64,000 nucleotides of DNA from the human T2T-CHM13v2.0 reference genome, Homo sapiens. A model generated the notes under the pieces. It made no database searches. It was not told where the DNA came from and was given only the letters and a program-made list of their open reading frames with translations. Shown here piece after piece: positions 18,871 through 40,799 of the stretch (position 1 is the stretch's first letter; each line of letters begins with the position of its first letter). The DNA is taken from the NCBI RefSeq assembly GCF_009914755.1, contig NC_060931.1; one strand, given 5' to 3'. Position numbers and translations under genes: made by a program.

Positions 18871-19264
18871 GCTTTACTTTTTGGGGTGCAGTGTAGACTT
18901 GTGTCGATGAGTTAGCTTGTGGCTTTGGGCAGAATCTCTCACCCAAGCCTCAGTTTCCTCCCTTGCAAAAGAGGGAGTCATGTGTTCATTCTCAAATATT
19001 TTCCGAGCCCCTACGATGCACACAGCATGGGACTTCAGAGATGAGCCAGTGAGAACCAGTCTCTGCTCAGCAGAGCACCTGCTCAAAAGGGACTGACTGA
19101 GAAAATGCAAACTTAGAACCCAGTGTGGGCTGGGCACGGCGGCTCATACCTGTAATCCCAGCCCTATGGGAGGCCAAGGCGGCGGCTCACACCTGTAATC
19201 CCAGCCCTATGGGAGGCCAAGGCGGGTGGATCACGAGGTCAGGAGATCGAGACCATTCTGGCTA

Positions 19265-19549
<285 letters not shown>

Positions 19550-19639
19550 CTATGACACCGGTGGCCCATTGTTAAAGGCCTGGGCTCAGGCCAAACACAC
19601 AATAGCCCCCGGGGTCTAACAGGTCAGGGCAGGGGGTTT

Positions 19640-20110
19640 GAGAATTAATTCACCTCCACACACGCTATCTGGGCACTTCCCTGTGCCAGGTGTGCTGAGA
19701 TGTCCTGAGATATCAAAGAATCCAGCAGGGGTTCTGTTTGAACTCATGTCTGCATTGCCAGGGCCTGGAGCACTGCCTGCTGCCTTGAGGGTACCCAGGA
19801 ACTGTTTGCTGAATGAATGTGTGATGGACAGCTGGCATGGTGATGGGCCGTGAAGGCTACAATGGCTGGGGAGGCAGGCACTGGCTCAGAGCTTCCCAGC
19901 ATCTGGGCAGAGGGGAAGACTTTGTTGGGGAACATTTCAGCAAGGCTTGGGAATGATGGAAAGGGTTTCATAGGCAGGGCTGGAGTGGAGACAAGAAATA
20001 TTCCCGGTAACAGGAACAGCCCGTGCAAAGGCATGGAGTCATGTCTTCCATTTAGGAAACAGTGAGGGATTCAAGTGTTTGAGCCTGAGAGCAAGAGCAT
20101 GGTGGTGGGA
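19640..20110. mobile_element. L2 fragments
   Basis: ggcacttccctgtgccaggtgtgctg; tgtttgctgaatgaatg; ggaacagcccgtgcaaaggcatggag. Confidence 0.55.
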
Positions 20111-20148
20111 GGTGCGTGGACAGACGGGCTAGGAGCTTGCTAGAGTGA

Positions 20149-20620
<472 letters not shown>

Positions 20621-20710
20621 TAGGACATACGTGAAGGAGGTGACTTCCCCCACCCCCCTTCCCCGGAAGTGTCCCCATCTCAGCCCTGAGCCCCCCAAAA
20701 GCCAACTCAC

Positions 20711-20792
20711 AGCATGGGTGGCACAGTTGGCCGCATGTTCATACTCTGTGGGCTGGTACCTCTTGTGGGCAGGGACTCGGTGGTTCATGAAC
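20711..20792 (-). CDS. MMD2: MMD2 exon 2 ([28 protein letters not shown]), 82 nt
   Basis: Acceptor ctccttccAG|G, donor GCT|GTGAGT; encodes the PAQR motif EHAANCATH; seen inside ORF 20504..20833. Confidence 0.96.
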
Positions 20793-21050
20793 CTGGAAGG
20801 AGAGGGAGAATTCCAGGAAGCTCCGCTGGGCAAGAGGTGCCATCCGAATTCCCAGGAAGCCTGAAGACCTTACTTCCTACTGGTAGGAAAAGAAGAGCAC
20901 TCCCCTTCTCCCTTTTTCATCTCCCCCTCTCTCTCTGTCTTCTTCCTCCCCTCCCTCACTCTTTCCGATCATTAAATGGTTTTGGATTATCCAATATTTT
21001 GTGCCTAATCCCCAATGCAGTATTTGTTACAAAATTTTACTAAATGCTAG

Positions 21051-21197
<147 letters not shown>

Positions 21198-21349
21198 TGA
21201 GTAGCTGGGCGTGTGCCACCACGCCAGGCTAATTCTTGTATTTTTAGTAGAGAAGGGGTTTCACCATGTTGGCCAGGCTGGTCTCAAACTCCTGACCTCA
21301 GGTGATCCGCCCGCCTCAGCCTTCCCAAGTGCTGGGATTACAGGCGTGA

Positions 21350-21481
<132 letters not shown>

Positions 21482-21944
21482 TGAGATGCTGGGACTACAG
21501 GCACAATCTACCATGCCCGGCTAAATTTTTTTGTATTTTTTATAGAGACAGGGTTTAATCACGTTGCCCAGGCTGGTCCCGAACTCCAAGCGATCCTCCC
21601 ACCTTGGCTTCCCAAAGTGCTGGGATTACAGGCGTGAGCCACCGCTTCCGGCCTCATTTCCTGTTTCTTATTTTCTCTAAGTACAACTTACAGACAATAT
21701 AGCTCTGCAAGGGGCAGCTTGAAGGATTTTTACAGATGCGTAGACCCACTAAACCACCATCCAGGAAGAGCTACGGCTCACTCCTCACCCCCAAGAAAGT
21801 GCCCAGTGCCCCCTCCCATGGGTACCTCTTCCCAGGGAAACCACCCTCTGCCGTTGTCTTCTTGGACTTGTTTCCCCTGTTCTTGAACTTGCTCAATAAA
21901 CTCCCGCAGAACACGCTGTTTTCTGTCTGGCTTCTTTTGCTTAA

Positions 21945-22184
<240 letters not shown>

Positions 22185-22590
22185 TAGTAGAGACGGGGTT
22201 TCACTGTTTTAGCCAGGATGGTCTCGAACTCCTGACCTCGTGATCCGCCTGCCTCGGCCTCCCAAAGTGCTGGATTTACAGGCGTGAGCCACCGCGCCCG
22301 GCCAAGCAACTGGTAGTTTTCATGGCTATTGTATTCCACTGGGTGAACAGACCACAAGTGAATTCTCCAACCCACTGCAGGGGGACACTCCTGTTTGGGG
22401 ATATTATGGAGAACTCGGCCCATGAACTTTTTTGTGCATATTTTTTGGTGAACACGCGCACTTATTTCTGCTGAGCTCAGGTGAAATTGCTACATGACTT
22501 TATCTTAAAAATAAACGTTCCTGGCCAGGGGCAGTGGCTCACGCCCGTAATCCCAGCACTTTAAGAGGCCGAGGCAGGCGGATCACTTTA

Positions 22591-23043
<453 letters not shown>

Positions 23044-23529
23044 TTATCACCTCTGTTTAATCCTCACCAGAGCACCACGTGGAGCTATTGGCCATTTTAC
23101 AGATGGAGAAGCTACAGGGCAGGGAGGTGAGGGAAAGAAATCACCTGGTGGGAAGGGACTCAACCCAGCCCTGGTTGACTCCGACGTCTGGTTCTGCCTT
23201 GACGCAAGTCTGTGCTCGGGGACTTAGTCAGTCTGGGAAGACAGACAAGGGTTGGCTGGGCAGGGAAGAGGCATCCAAGAACTGGGTCTAAGGTCTGCAC
23301 ACACCTGGCTGTCGGACCAGCAGCCGGGACCACAGCAGCGTGCATGTCTTCGGCCCACACAGGCTCGGAATCAGCTCACCTGGACGTTGCCAAGCAGCAG
23401 CCACCCAATGGGGTTAAACTCCACTAAACACACCAAAAACTTTCCCCTCAGGTCCGATGGTTACTTTGTAGACTGCCCCCCAAACAAATGAGTGTATGGT
23501 TCAGGACAAATGACTCCATGCAGTATATA

Positions 23530-24290
23530 TGGGTCACTAAGCATTTATTGGGCACTTTCTGTATGCTGGCGTCATATCAGGAGTGCATGGAGCATTTATT
23601 CAGCATCTCCGGTGTGCTGGCTCCACGCTCATCAAGACCCTGGAACATTCGCTGAGCACCTTCTGTGTGCTGGCTCCATGCTAAGTACAGTTCATGAAGC
23701 ATTTGTTAAGCACCTCCTGTATGCTGGATCCAGGTCAAGTACAGTTACAGAGCCTTCATTGAGCACCTTCCGTATGCTGGCCTCATGCTAAGTACAGCTC
23801 ATGGAGCACTTATTAGGCAGGTTCTGTGTGCTGACTCCATGCTAAGTATAGTTCATGAAGCATTCATTGAGCACCTTCTGTGTGCTGGCTCCATGGTAAG
23901 TGCAGCTCATGGAGCATTTATTAAGCACCTTCTGTGTGCTGGCTCCATGAAAAGTGCAGCTCATGGAGCATTTATTAAGCACCCTCTGTGTGCTGGCTCC
24001 CCTTCTGTATGCTGGCTCCATGCTAAGTACAGTTCATGGAGCATTTATTAAGTACCTTTGATGTGTTGGCTCCGTGCTAAGTATAGTTCATGAAGCATTT
24101 ATTAAGCACCTTTTGTGTGCTGGATCCATGCTAAGTGCAGCTCATGGTGCATTTATTAAGCACCTTCTGTGTGCTGGCTCCACGCTAGTACAGACCTGGG
24201 GCATTGATTGAGCACCTTCTGTGTGCTAGCTGTATGCTAGCATAGTTCAGGGCTCATTTATGGAGCATATTGTGTATGCTGGCTTTACAT
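23530..24290. repeat. 54-bp tandem minisatellite, about 14 copies, in intron 1
   Basis: Unit approximately GCTGGCTCCATGCTAAGTACAGTTCATGAAGCATTTATTAAGCACCTTCTGTGT; anchors at 23565, 23616, 23669, 23723, 23776, 23830, 23884, 23938, 23992, 24011, 24065, 24119, 24173, 24225 and 24278. Confidence 0.93.
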
Positions 24291-24473
24291 ATGCTGGTAT
24301 GGGCAGGGCAGGAGTGAAAGCTGGGCAGGGGGGTCTGCCAGGCACTGACACTGTGATTTGCCCTGGGACACTTGGCGCCTGGGTGAGTCCAGGGGTCTCC
24401 AGGTTCGGGTGACTGCTCTCTGCCTGCATCCAGCTGGGACTCCATGGTCACGTGATTCCAGTCAGTCAAGTGA

Positions 24474-25019
<546 letters not shown>

Positions 25020-25124
25020 TGATCTGCCTGCCTCAGCCTCCCAAAGTGCTAGGACTACAGGCGTGAGCCACTGTGCCCAGCCAAGACTGGCTTATTAACT
25101 AATAAGTAATAACAACGAAAATAG

Positions 25125-26132
<1,008 letters not shown>

Positions 26133-26583
26133 TTAATTTGAGACCGAGTCTTGCTCTATCACCCAGGCTGGAGTGCAGTGGCGCGATCTCGGCTGACTGC
26201 AACCTTCGCCTCCTGGGTTCAAGTGATTCGCCTGCCTCAGACTCCTGAGTAACTGGAATTACAGGCGCCCGCCACCAGGCCTGGCTATTTTTTGTATTTT
26301 TAGTAGAGATGGGGTTTCACCATGTTGGCCAGGCTAGTCTCGAACTCCTGACCTCAGGTGATCCACTTGTCTCTGGCTCCTAAAGTGCCGGGGTTACAGG
26401 CGTGAGCCACTGTGCCCGGCCTTTGTTGTTGGTTTTTGTTTTTGTTTTTTTGAGAAAGGGTCTTGCTCTGTGGCCCCACTATCATAGCTCACTGCAGCCT
26501 CGACCTCCTGGGCTCGAGCAATCCTCCCACCTCAGCCTCCCGAGTAGCTGGGACTACAGGTGCACACCACCACACCCGGCTAA

Positions 26584-26967
<384 letters not shown>

Positions 26968-27867
26968 TAAGATTACAGGTACATGCCACCACACCCAGCT
27001 AATTTTTTAATTTTTTGTAGAGACTGGGTCTTGCTCTGTTGCCCAGGCTGGTCTCAAACTCCTGACCTCAAACAATCGTCCTCCCTTGGCCTCCCAAAGT
27101 GCTGAGATTACAGGAATGAGCCACCGTGCCCGGCCTCACAGTATTCATTTAGAGAGACTCTGCCCAAAAGCCCTCCAGGAGGCCGGGCCAATTTACGCTT
27201 CCCACCAACTGGGCAGGGAGTCCGGAGACCAACTATGAGGGTGTGGTTTGCACTGGTCTCCAAGGTGGGAAACCTATTCTCCCCGAGGTCTCTCCCTCTA
27301 CCTGCCACCAGGTGCAGGCCTGCAGCCCTGGCTTCCCCTGCTCCTGTAACAAACACCAGGAAACCACCAAGGGTGCCAGCCACATGGGTCCCAGGGTGAT
27401 GTCACGGTTGCCGTGGCGACCTGGGGCGGGCAGTTATTTATTTATTTCTGAGTTCCACAAGACTCTCCTTGTCTCTCAGTCACTGTGGCCATTGAATGCT
27501 GGCGGAGAGGGGAGAGGGAGGCCCGGAGACAGGGCCGTGGGCAAACGACCAAGAAACAGTGTTCCCACCACCCTGAAGACCCAAGCACTTTCCCTTTAAC
27601 TCCTTGCGACCTCATTTCTTTCCTCCCTAAACCTCTAGTCAGGCATTTTAAGAAAAAGTGAATTCATATTTTAATTTGCTTTATAATTTACATAAAGCAA
27701 AATTTCCTCTTTTTTTGCTATAGTTTTGTGAGTTTTGACAAATACGGAGAGTCCTGTAACTGCCACCGCCACCATCAAGGTGAATAACAGATTCACCATC
27801 CCCCAGAATTCTCTCCTGCCCCCTCTTTGCACCTGAAGCCTCTGCCCAGTGCCAGCCGGGCAGCTAA

Positions 27868-28628
<761 letters not shown>

Positions 28629-29186
28629 TCAAAATAAAACAAAATGTATTGAAGGTAAATTTGTTTTATACTAAAAGAAAATGGCCCCTCCTAAATGTAA
28701 CGTTATCTTTCCTGGTAATTATTCTCGACTCTTCCATCCCTGTCTTTGCTCCTGCATCCCCTTTGCCATCTGGCTTTGTTGTTGGGCAGGGAGCATCTGA
28801 GATTCCTCCTCCCTGGTGTTGCACGTCCCTTCCTTTTTACTGCTGAGCAGTATTGCTTTGCATGGACATACCAGAGTTTGTTCATTCATTCTCCAGTTGA
28901 GGGATAATAAATGCATTTTTTTTTTTTAGATAGGGTCTATCACCCTGGCTGGAGTGCAGTGGTGTCATCATAGCTCACTGCAGCCTCGCATTCCGAGGCC
29001 CAATCATTCCTCCTGCCTCAGCCTCCCAAGTAGCTGAGACCACAGGTACACACCACCATGCCTGGTTAATTTTTAAATTTTTTGTAGAGACAGGCTCTTG
29101 ATATGTTGCCCAGGCTGGTCTCAAACTCCTGGACTCAAGTGATCCTCTGGCCTCAGCCTCCCAAAGTATTGGGATTACAGGCATGA

Positions 29187-29378
<192 letters not shown>

Positions 29379-30310
29379 TGACTACAGATGAGGTTTTGCC
29401 ATGTTGGCCAGGCTGGTCTCAAACTCCTGACCTCAAGTGATCTGCCCACCTCGGCCTCCCAAAGTGCTGGGATTACAGGCGTGAGCCACTATGCCCGGCC
29501 CACAATGCTTTTATTTTTTCCACCACCACACCCAACTAATTTTTTTGGATTTTTAGCGGAGACAGGGTTTTGCCATGTTGCCCAGGCTGGTCTCAAACTG
29601 CTGGCCTCAAGCAATCCTCCCGCCTCTGACTCCCAGAGTGCTGGGTTACAGGTGTGAGCCACTGGGCCTGGCAGGGATGCATGTTTAACAAGTGAAATGC
29701 GTAGATAAAATTGAGACTGTGTTAGAACAGAGGTGGCAGTCAGAGAGGCAGCCTCGACGGTGGGAAAGTTCTCTCGAAAGAGCCGACGTTTCCAGCAGGC
29801 TGTGGCTGGTTAAACTAAAGGAGGGAAGTGGCCTTTTCTTCCTCCTCCCTGGAGAACAGACTCCTCATTTTGTAGCCAACCCTTACTGCTTACATGAGCA
29901 CATGGCCATGGCTTGGTGGAGGACTCCCAAACTGAGCCAGGACCCAGAGCCAGATGCTGGCAGGAGACGAGGAGAGAATGTTGAATTCTCACCCTGAACT
30001 TGAGGAGGTACAGGCTTTGGAGCTTGGCACTGTTGGGCAGAAAATGCCTGCATGGGCAGTTGACCGCTGTGTGAGCTAGGGAAAATTGCTTAACGTCTCT
30101 GGGCTGCAGCTTCCAAGTATGTAAGCGGGAATAATATTACCTAGCCAGCAGGTGTCATAAAGAATACGGTTTAAGGCCGAGCGGGGTGGCTCACGCCTGT
30201 GATCCCAGCACTTTGAAAGGCTGAGGTGGGCGGATAACCTGAGATCAGGAGTTCAAAGCCAGCCTGGCCCACATGGTGAAACCCCATCTCTACTAAAAAT
30301 ACAAAAATTA

Positions 30311-30515
<205 letters not shown>

Positions 30516-31107
30516 TCAGAGGGTGAGGCGAGAGGATCATATGAGCCAGGAGGTCGACGCTGCAGTGAGCTATGATCGTGCCACTGCACTCCAGCCTGGG
30601 CCACAGAGTGAGACCCTGTCTCAAAAAATAATAAAATACTGACGACTGGACTCCACACCCAGAGATTTCAGTTTATTCGGTCTGGGGTAAAGCCTGGATA
30701 TTGGCATGCTTAGAAGTTTCTTTATTATTATTATTTTTTTAGCATTTAAAAAATGGGCAGAGACAGTGAGACCTTATTTCCACAAAAAAATAAAAAAATT
30801 AGCCAGACGTGGTGGCATGCATCTATACTCCCAACTACTCAGGAGGCTGAGGTGGGAGGATCACTGGAGCCCAGGGAGGTTGAGGCTGCAGTGAGCCATG
30901 ATTGAGCCACTGCACTCCAGCCTGAATAACAGAGCAAGACCCTGTCTCAAAAAAAAAAAAAAAAAACCAAAAAAATTGTATACGTTGATGGTGCTAGACC
31001 ATGATGCTTGGCATTGTGGAGTGGTTCCAATGTCAGTTTCTTGCTTTGGACCCTGTACTTGAATTATGTAAGATGTTCCACTAGGGAAATTGGAGAAAGG
31101 ATTCTCA

Positions 31108-31452
<345 letters not shown>

Positions 31453-31963
31453 TCAAAAAAAAAAAAAAGGAAAAAAAAATGTAAAGTGTAACCACATACA
31501 ATGCAAAGATGTTCATCAAAATCAAATGAAAAAAATCAAGTAATAAAATTATATACACAACATGATTTCATTAGTGTAAAACACACACACACCCCAACAT
31601 TTTAGAAACATAAATGCATAGAAATAGACTTGAAAGAAAACAGGGAGATTGGTGAGTTTGGGGGTGCTGGTCACAGAAGACTTTGCCCCCCTCCCTTATT
31701 TTTTTAATTTTTAGGATTGGGTGGGAGATAAAGAGTCTTTCATTTGATTTGTGTTGTTTGAATCTTTATAAGATTGTATTCAAATTTTACTCATGTAACT
31801 ACAATAAAAGTGTTATTTTTATTTCATTACTAATTTATTTTGTAGAGATGGGGTTTCACTGTGTTGCTCAGGCTGGTTTTGAACTCATGGGCTAAAGCAA
31901 TCCTCCTGCCTCAGCCTCCCAAAGAGCTGGAATTGCAGGCATGAGCCATCACAACCAGCCTAA

Positions 31964-33924
<1,961 letters not shown>

Positions 33925-34153
33925 AGGGGCAAGGCCAGGTTGTCGACTTGGAAAGGCAGAAGGTATGAAAGAAAGCAAAGCCAACCTTTGGCTGTAGCAG
34001 AGGAGAGACTGGGGGAGACAGGCATGAGAAATGTTATTTTATTTATATTTGTGTGTTACTTGACCAGCTACAATGTTCATGTACTACCTCAATGATCTTT
34101 TTAAAATCCTATCAAATAAAAAACATTTTAAATAAAGTCAAGTTTTGAAATCA

Positions 34154-34522
<369 letters not shown>

Positions 34523-36802
34523 CTAGGTAAAAGGAATCCTGGAGGCTGGGCCCGGTGGCTCGTGCCTGTAATCCCAGCACTAGGAAGGCAGGAGGACTGC
34601 TTGAGGCCAGGAGTTCAAGACACGCCTGGGCAACATAGCAAGACCCTTTCTCTACAAAAAAAAAACTTAAAAATTAGCCAGGTGTGGTGGTGTGTACCTG
34701 TGGGCTCAGCTGCCCAGGAGGCTGAGGTGGGAGAATAGCTTGAACCCAGGAATTTGAGGCAACAGTGAGCTATGATCATGTCACTGCACTCCAGCCTGGG
34801 CGACAGAGAGAGACCTAGTCTCAGAAAACAAAAAAAGTCTTGGAAACTACCCAAATGCCCACCATGGTAGAATTAGCATAGAAATATTCACACAATGGAA
34901 CACTAGACAGTAATGAGAATTAATGAATTACAGCTTTCAGAAGAAATAAGGACACTCTGCAGACTGCAGACAAATGTCAAATGGCGGTGCACACACTTCC
35001 AATCTATTTCTTTCTTTCTTTCTTTCTTTTTTTTTTTGAGATGGAGTCCTGCGCTGTTGCCCAGGCTGGAGAGCAGTGGCACAATCTCGGCTCACTGCAA
35101 CCTCTGCCTTCCAGGTTCAAGCAATCTCCTGCCTCAGCCTCCTGAGTAGGTGGGACTACAGATGTACAGAACCACACTGGCTAATTTTTTTTGTATTTTT
35201 ACTAGAGACGGGGTTTTGCCATGTTGGCCAGGCTGGTCTCGAACTCCTGACCTCAAGCAATCCATCTGCCTTGGCCTCCCAAAGCGCTGGCATTACAGGC
35301 GTGAGCCACCGCACCTGGCCCAATCTATTTCTATAAATTTCAAGAACAGGCAGCGCAGGTCTGTTGAAGGTCCGATGACGCCAGGAGAGTGGCTGCCCTT
35401 GACGGTAGTGAGGACTGACTAATGGGGTGTGAAGGGGTTCCTGAGGCCTGGCATGTTGAGCATCCTGACCTGGGTGCAGGGTCCGGCACACCCCAGCTCC
35501 CCCGGCTCCCTCCTCCGAAGTCTGGCAGGAGCCAGGCCCAGTCTCAGAGCTCAGCTTCTGCAATTCCTCCCTCTCTCTCTCTGGCCTGACCCAGCTGGGG
35601 TCTATGGCCCCCAGAAAGAAGCCTGACCCCTTTCATGAATGAGCCCGGGCCCCGGAACGCGGCTGCAGCCACCCCTCCCAGGCTGGGCTGGTGCCTGTCA
35701 GTGGCGACCCTGAGTCCCTTGGACAGAGGACTAGAGAGATTTGCCCGGGCTCCTACACAAAGGGGGTTCTGTCCGTCTGTCCCACAGAGGCAAGGGACCA
35801 CGCAGGGCCAAGTTGGCCCCGGCCGTGCTAAGCCTCTCTCCCCCTCTCCGCTTGGCCCTGGCCGCTTCTTTGTGTCCATTCATGAATTCAAGGCTCCTCC
35901 TGAAAGGCCGGCGGTATCTTGGCTCAGTCTTTGGGAAACAGTCCTTGGGCCGGTGCCACCTGGGAATGGTCATGAAATAAAATCCTGGGGCAGACAGTGA
36001 TGGGAACAGGAAGGGGAAACTGAGCAAGGGGTGGAAGGGGCCCGGGCTTGCATCTCGTGCCAGAGGCGCGGGACTCTGGCATGATCTGCAGGAGACAGCA
36101 CTCAGGTGCACTGTGCGTGGCATCCCATGTGAACGGCCCCCTGGGCCTGGGGGTACTGACCCGACAGATCTGAGACCAGCTCCCAGCCTTGGCGCCCACC
36201 CTGTGGCTCCCCGGGAAATCTCTTCCCCTATGGGATGAGAAGGGTCCGTATCTCCAAAGCTAGGACCATCTCCCAGCCTCAGGAGGCTCCCAGATGCTAT
36301 CAAGTGAGAAGGGGCCATGGTCATCGCTGGCTGCTGTGAGTGGGGTTAGGAGGAGGGGTCGCCCCAACAAAGATGGGGGCCCCTTAGGCACCTGTTCGTC
36401 CTCAGCTAGCTCCTGGGTCGGCCTCTGTGAACATGCCACAGACACCAGCCCTAACCATCAAGCCCTCCTTCCACCTGACCTAGGGGCTCTCACCCACCAA
36501 TCATCTCCCAGAGATTCCTGTGACATCACCAGCAGCCAATCAGAGTGTCCCAGGTTGGCAGGTCAGAGGCAGCCTTACTTTGAGAGTTGGTAAGTTTTCA
36601 GGCAATAGCAGAAAAAGGACACTTCTGACCGGGCGCGGTGGCTCGCGCCTGTAATCCCAGCACTTTGGGAGGCCGAGGCAGGTGGATCACTTGGGGCCAG
36701 GAATTCAAGACCAGCCTGGCCAACATGGCGAAACCCTGTCTCTACTAAAAATACAAAAATAAGCCGGGCGTGGTGGCGGGTGCCTGTAATCCCAGCTACT
36801 CA

Positions 36803-36934
<132 letters not shown>

Positions 36935-36984
36935 TTAAACAGTGGAATACTGCATTTTATTATTATTTTTCTTTATACTTTTTT

Positions 36985-37061
36985 AAACTGCTGTTTTAGA
37001 TTCAGGGGTACATGTGCAGGTTTGTTATGTAGGTAAATTGCATGTCACGGGGGTCTGGTGT
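36985..37061 (-). mobile_element. Short L1PA-type 3' terminal fragment
   Basis: ttttagattcaggggtacatgtgcaggtttgttatgtaggtaaattgcatgtc. Confidence 0.7.
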
Positions 37062-37083
37062 CCCTGACTCAAATAAAGAAATT

Positions 37084-37235
37084 AATAAATATCTTCTTAA
37101 TAGCACCAGGAAGGTTGCACCACAAATGTATCTTTAAAGAGTCCTTGAGGTGACAAAATAATCTGCATGCCAAAGGACACTTTAAAGATACATTTGTGGT
37201 GCAACTTTCCTGGTGCTGGTGGGAGGTCATTTATT
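37084..37235. repeat. Long inverted repeat (45-bp near-perfect arms, 26-nt loop)
   Basis: 37102-37146 is the reverse complement of 37173-37217 at 43/45 positions; looser in-register pairing continues out to 37084/37235. Confidence 0.93.
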
Positions 37236-37257
37236 TATTTATATATTTTTGAGATGA

Positions 37258-37615
<358 letters not shown>

Positions 37616-37726
37616 TGATTCTCCCGCCTTGGCCTCCCAAAGTGCTGGGATTACAGGTGTGAGCCACCTGGCCCTGCCTGGGAGGACATTTCTATTTTTT
37701 TTTAATTAAAAAATTTTTTTAATTAA

Positions 37727-38098
<372 letters not shown>

Positions 38099-38249
38099 TA
38101 GTCAGGCTGGTCTTGAACTTCTGACCTCAAGTGATCCACCCACCTCAGCCTCCCGAAGTGCTGGGATTACAGGATGAGCCACCGCGCCAGGCCCCATCCT
38201 GTCTATACTTCTGTCCTAACTCCATCCCAGCCAGTGACCCCTTAGATAG

Positions 38250-38567
<318 letters not shown>

Positions 38568-39073
38568 TGAGCCACCGCGCCTGGCCTTTTTTCTGTATTT
38601 TTAGTAAACACGGGCTTTCACCATGTTGACGAGGATGATCTCGATCTCCCGACCTCGTGATCCACCTGCCTCAGCCTCCCAAAGTGCTGAGATTACAGGC
38701 GTGCGCCACCGTGCCCAGTCAGTCCTGCCCTTTTCAACTCACACCCTACCCATTTCACAGAAGAGAAGACTGAGACCCAACTGCTCTACCCTGATGTCCC
38801 CTAGCAGTGCCCATTACCTAGCTTGTGTCAAAGGGCAGGGGGAGGGTTTAGGCTGAGCACTCACACTGTGGCCACAGAAAACCTCTAGATATGGAGACCA
38901 GTAGCCAGCATGTTAGCCCTGCAGTCCAGCCCTGGCTGTGCAACCCAGGAAATGGTACTTAACCTCCCTGAGCTTGTAGCCCTTCTGGAAAATTCCTATC
39001 CTAGACACTTCACAAACTGCCTTGAGAGCCGAAGAGGAGGGCAGCTTGAAGACAAATCACTGTTGTTGACTGA

Positions 39074-39181
<108 letters not shown>

Positions 39182-39306
39182 TGATCCTCCCACCTCAACC
39201 TCCTGAGTAGCTGGGACTATAGGTGCACGCCACCACCCCCAACTAATTTTCTCTTTATTTTTTGTAGAGATGAGGTCTCACTATGTTGCTCACTATGAAC
39301 TCTTTA

Positions 39307-40140
<834 letters not shown>

Positions 40141-40253
40141 TCACACCATTATCCTGCCTCAGCCTCCTGAATAGCTGGGACTACAGGCGCCCGCCACCAT
40201 GCCTGGCTAATTTTTTTTGTATTTTTAGCAGAGACGGGGTTTCACCATGTTAG

Positions 40254-40799
<546 letters not shown>

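Noticed and set aside
23530-24290. 54-bp array as a CRISPR array or an 18-aa-repeat protein (ORFs 23492..23791, 23785..24051)
   Set aside because: Units are head-to-tail with no unique spacers, there are no cas genes and the context is eukaryotic. The frames are broken by 53-bp units and stops.
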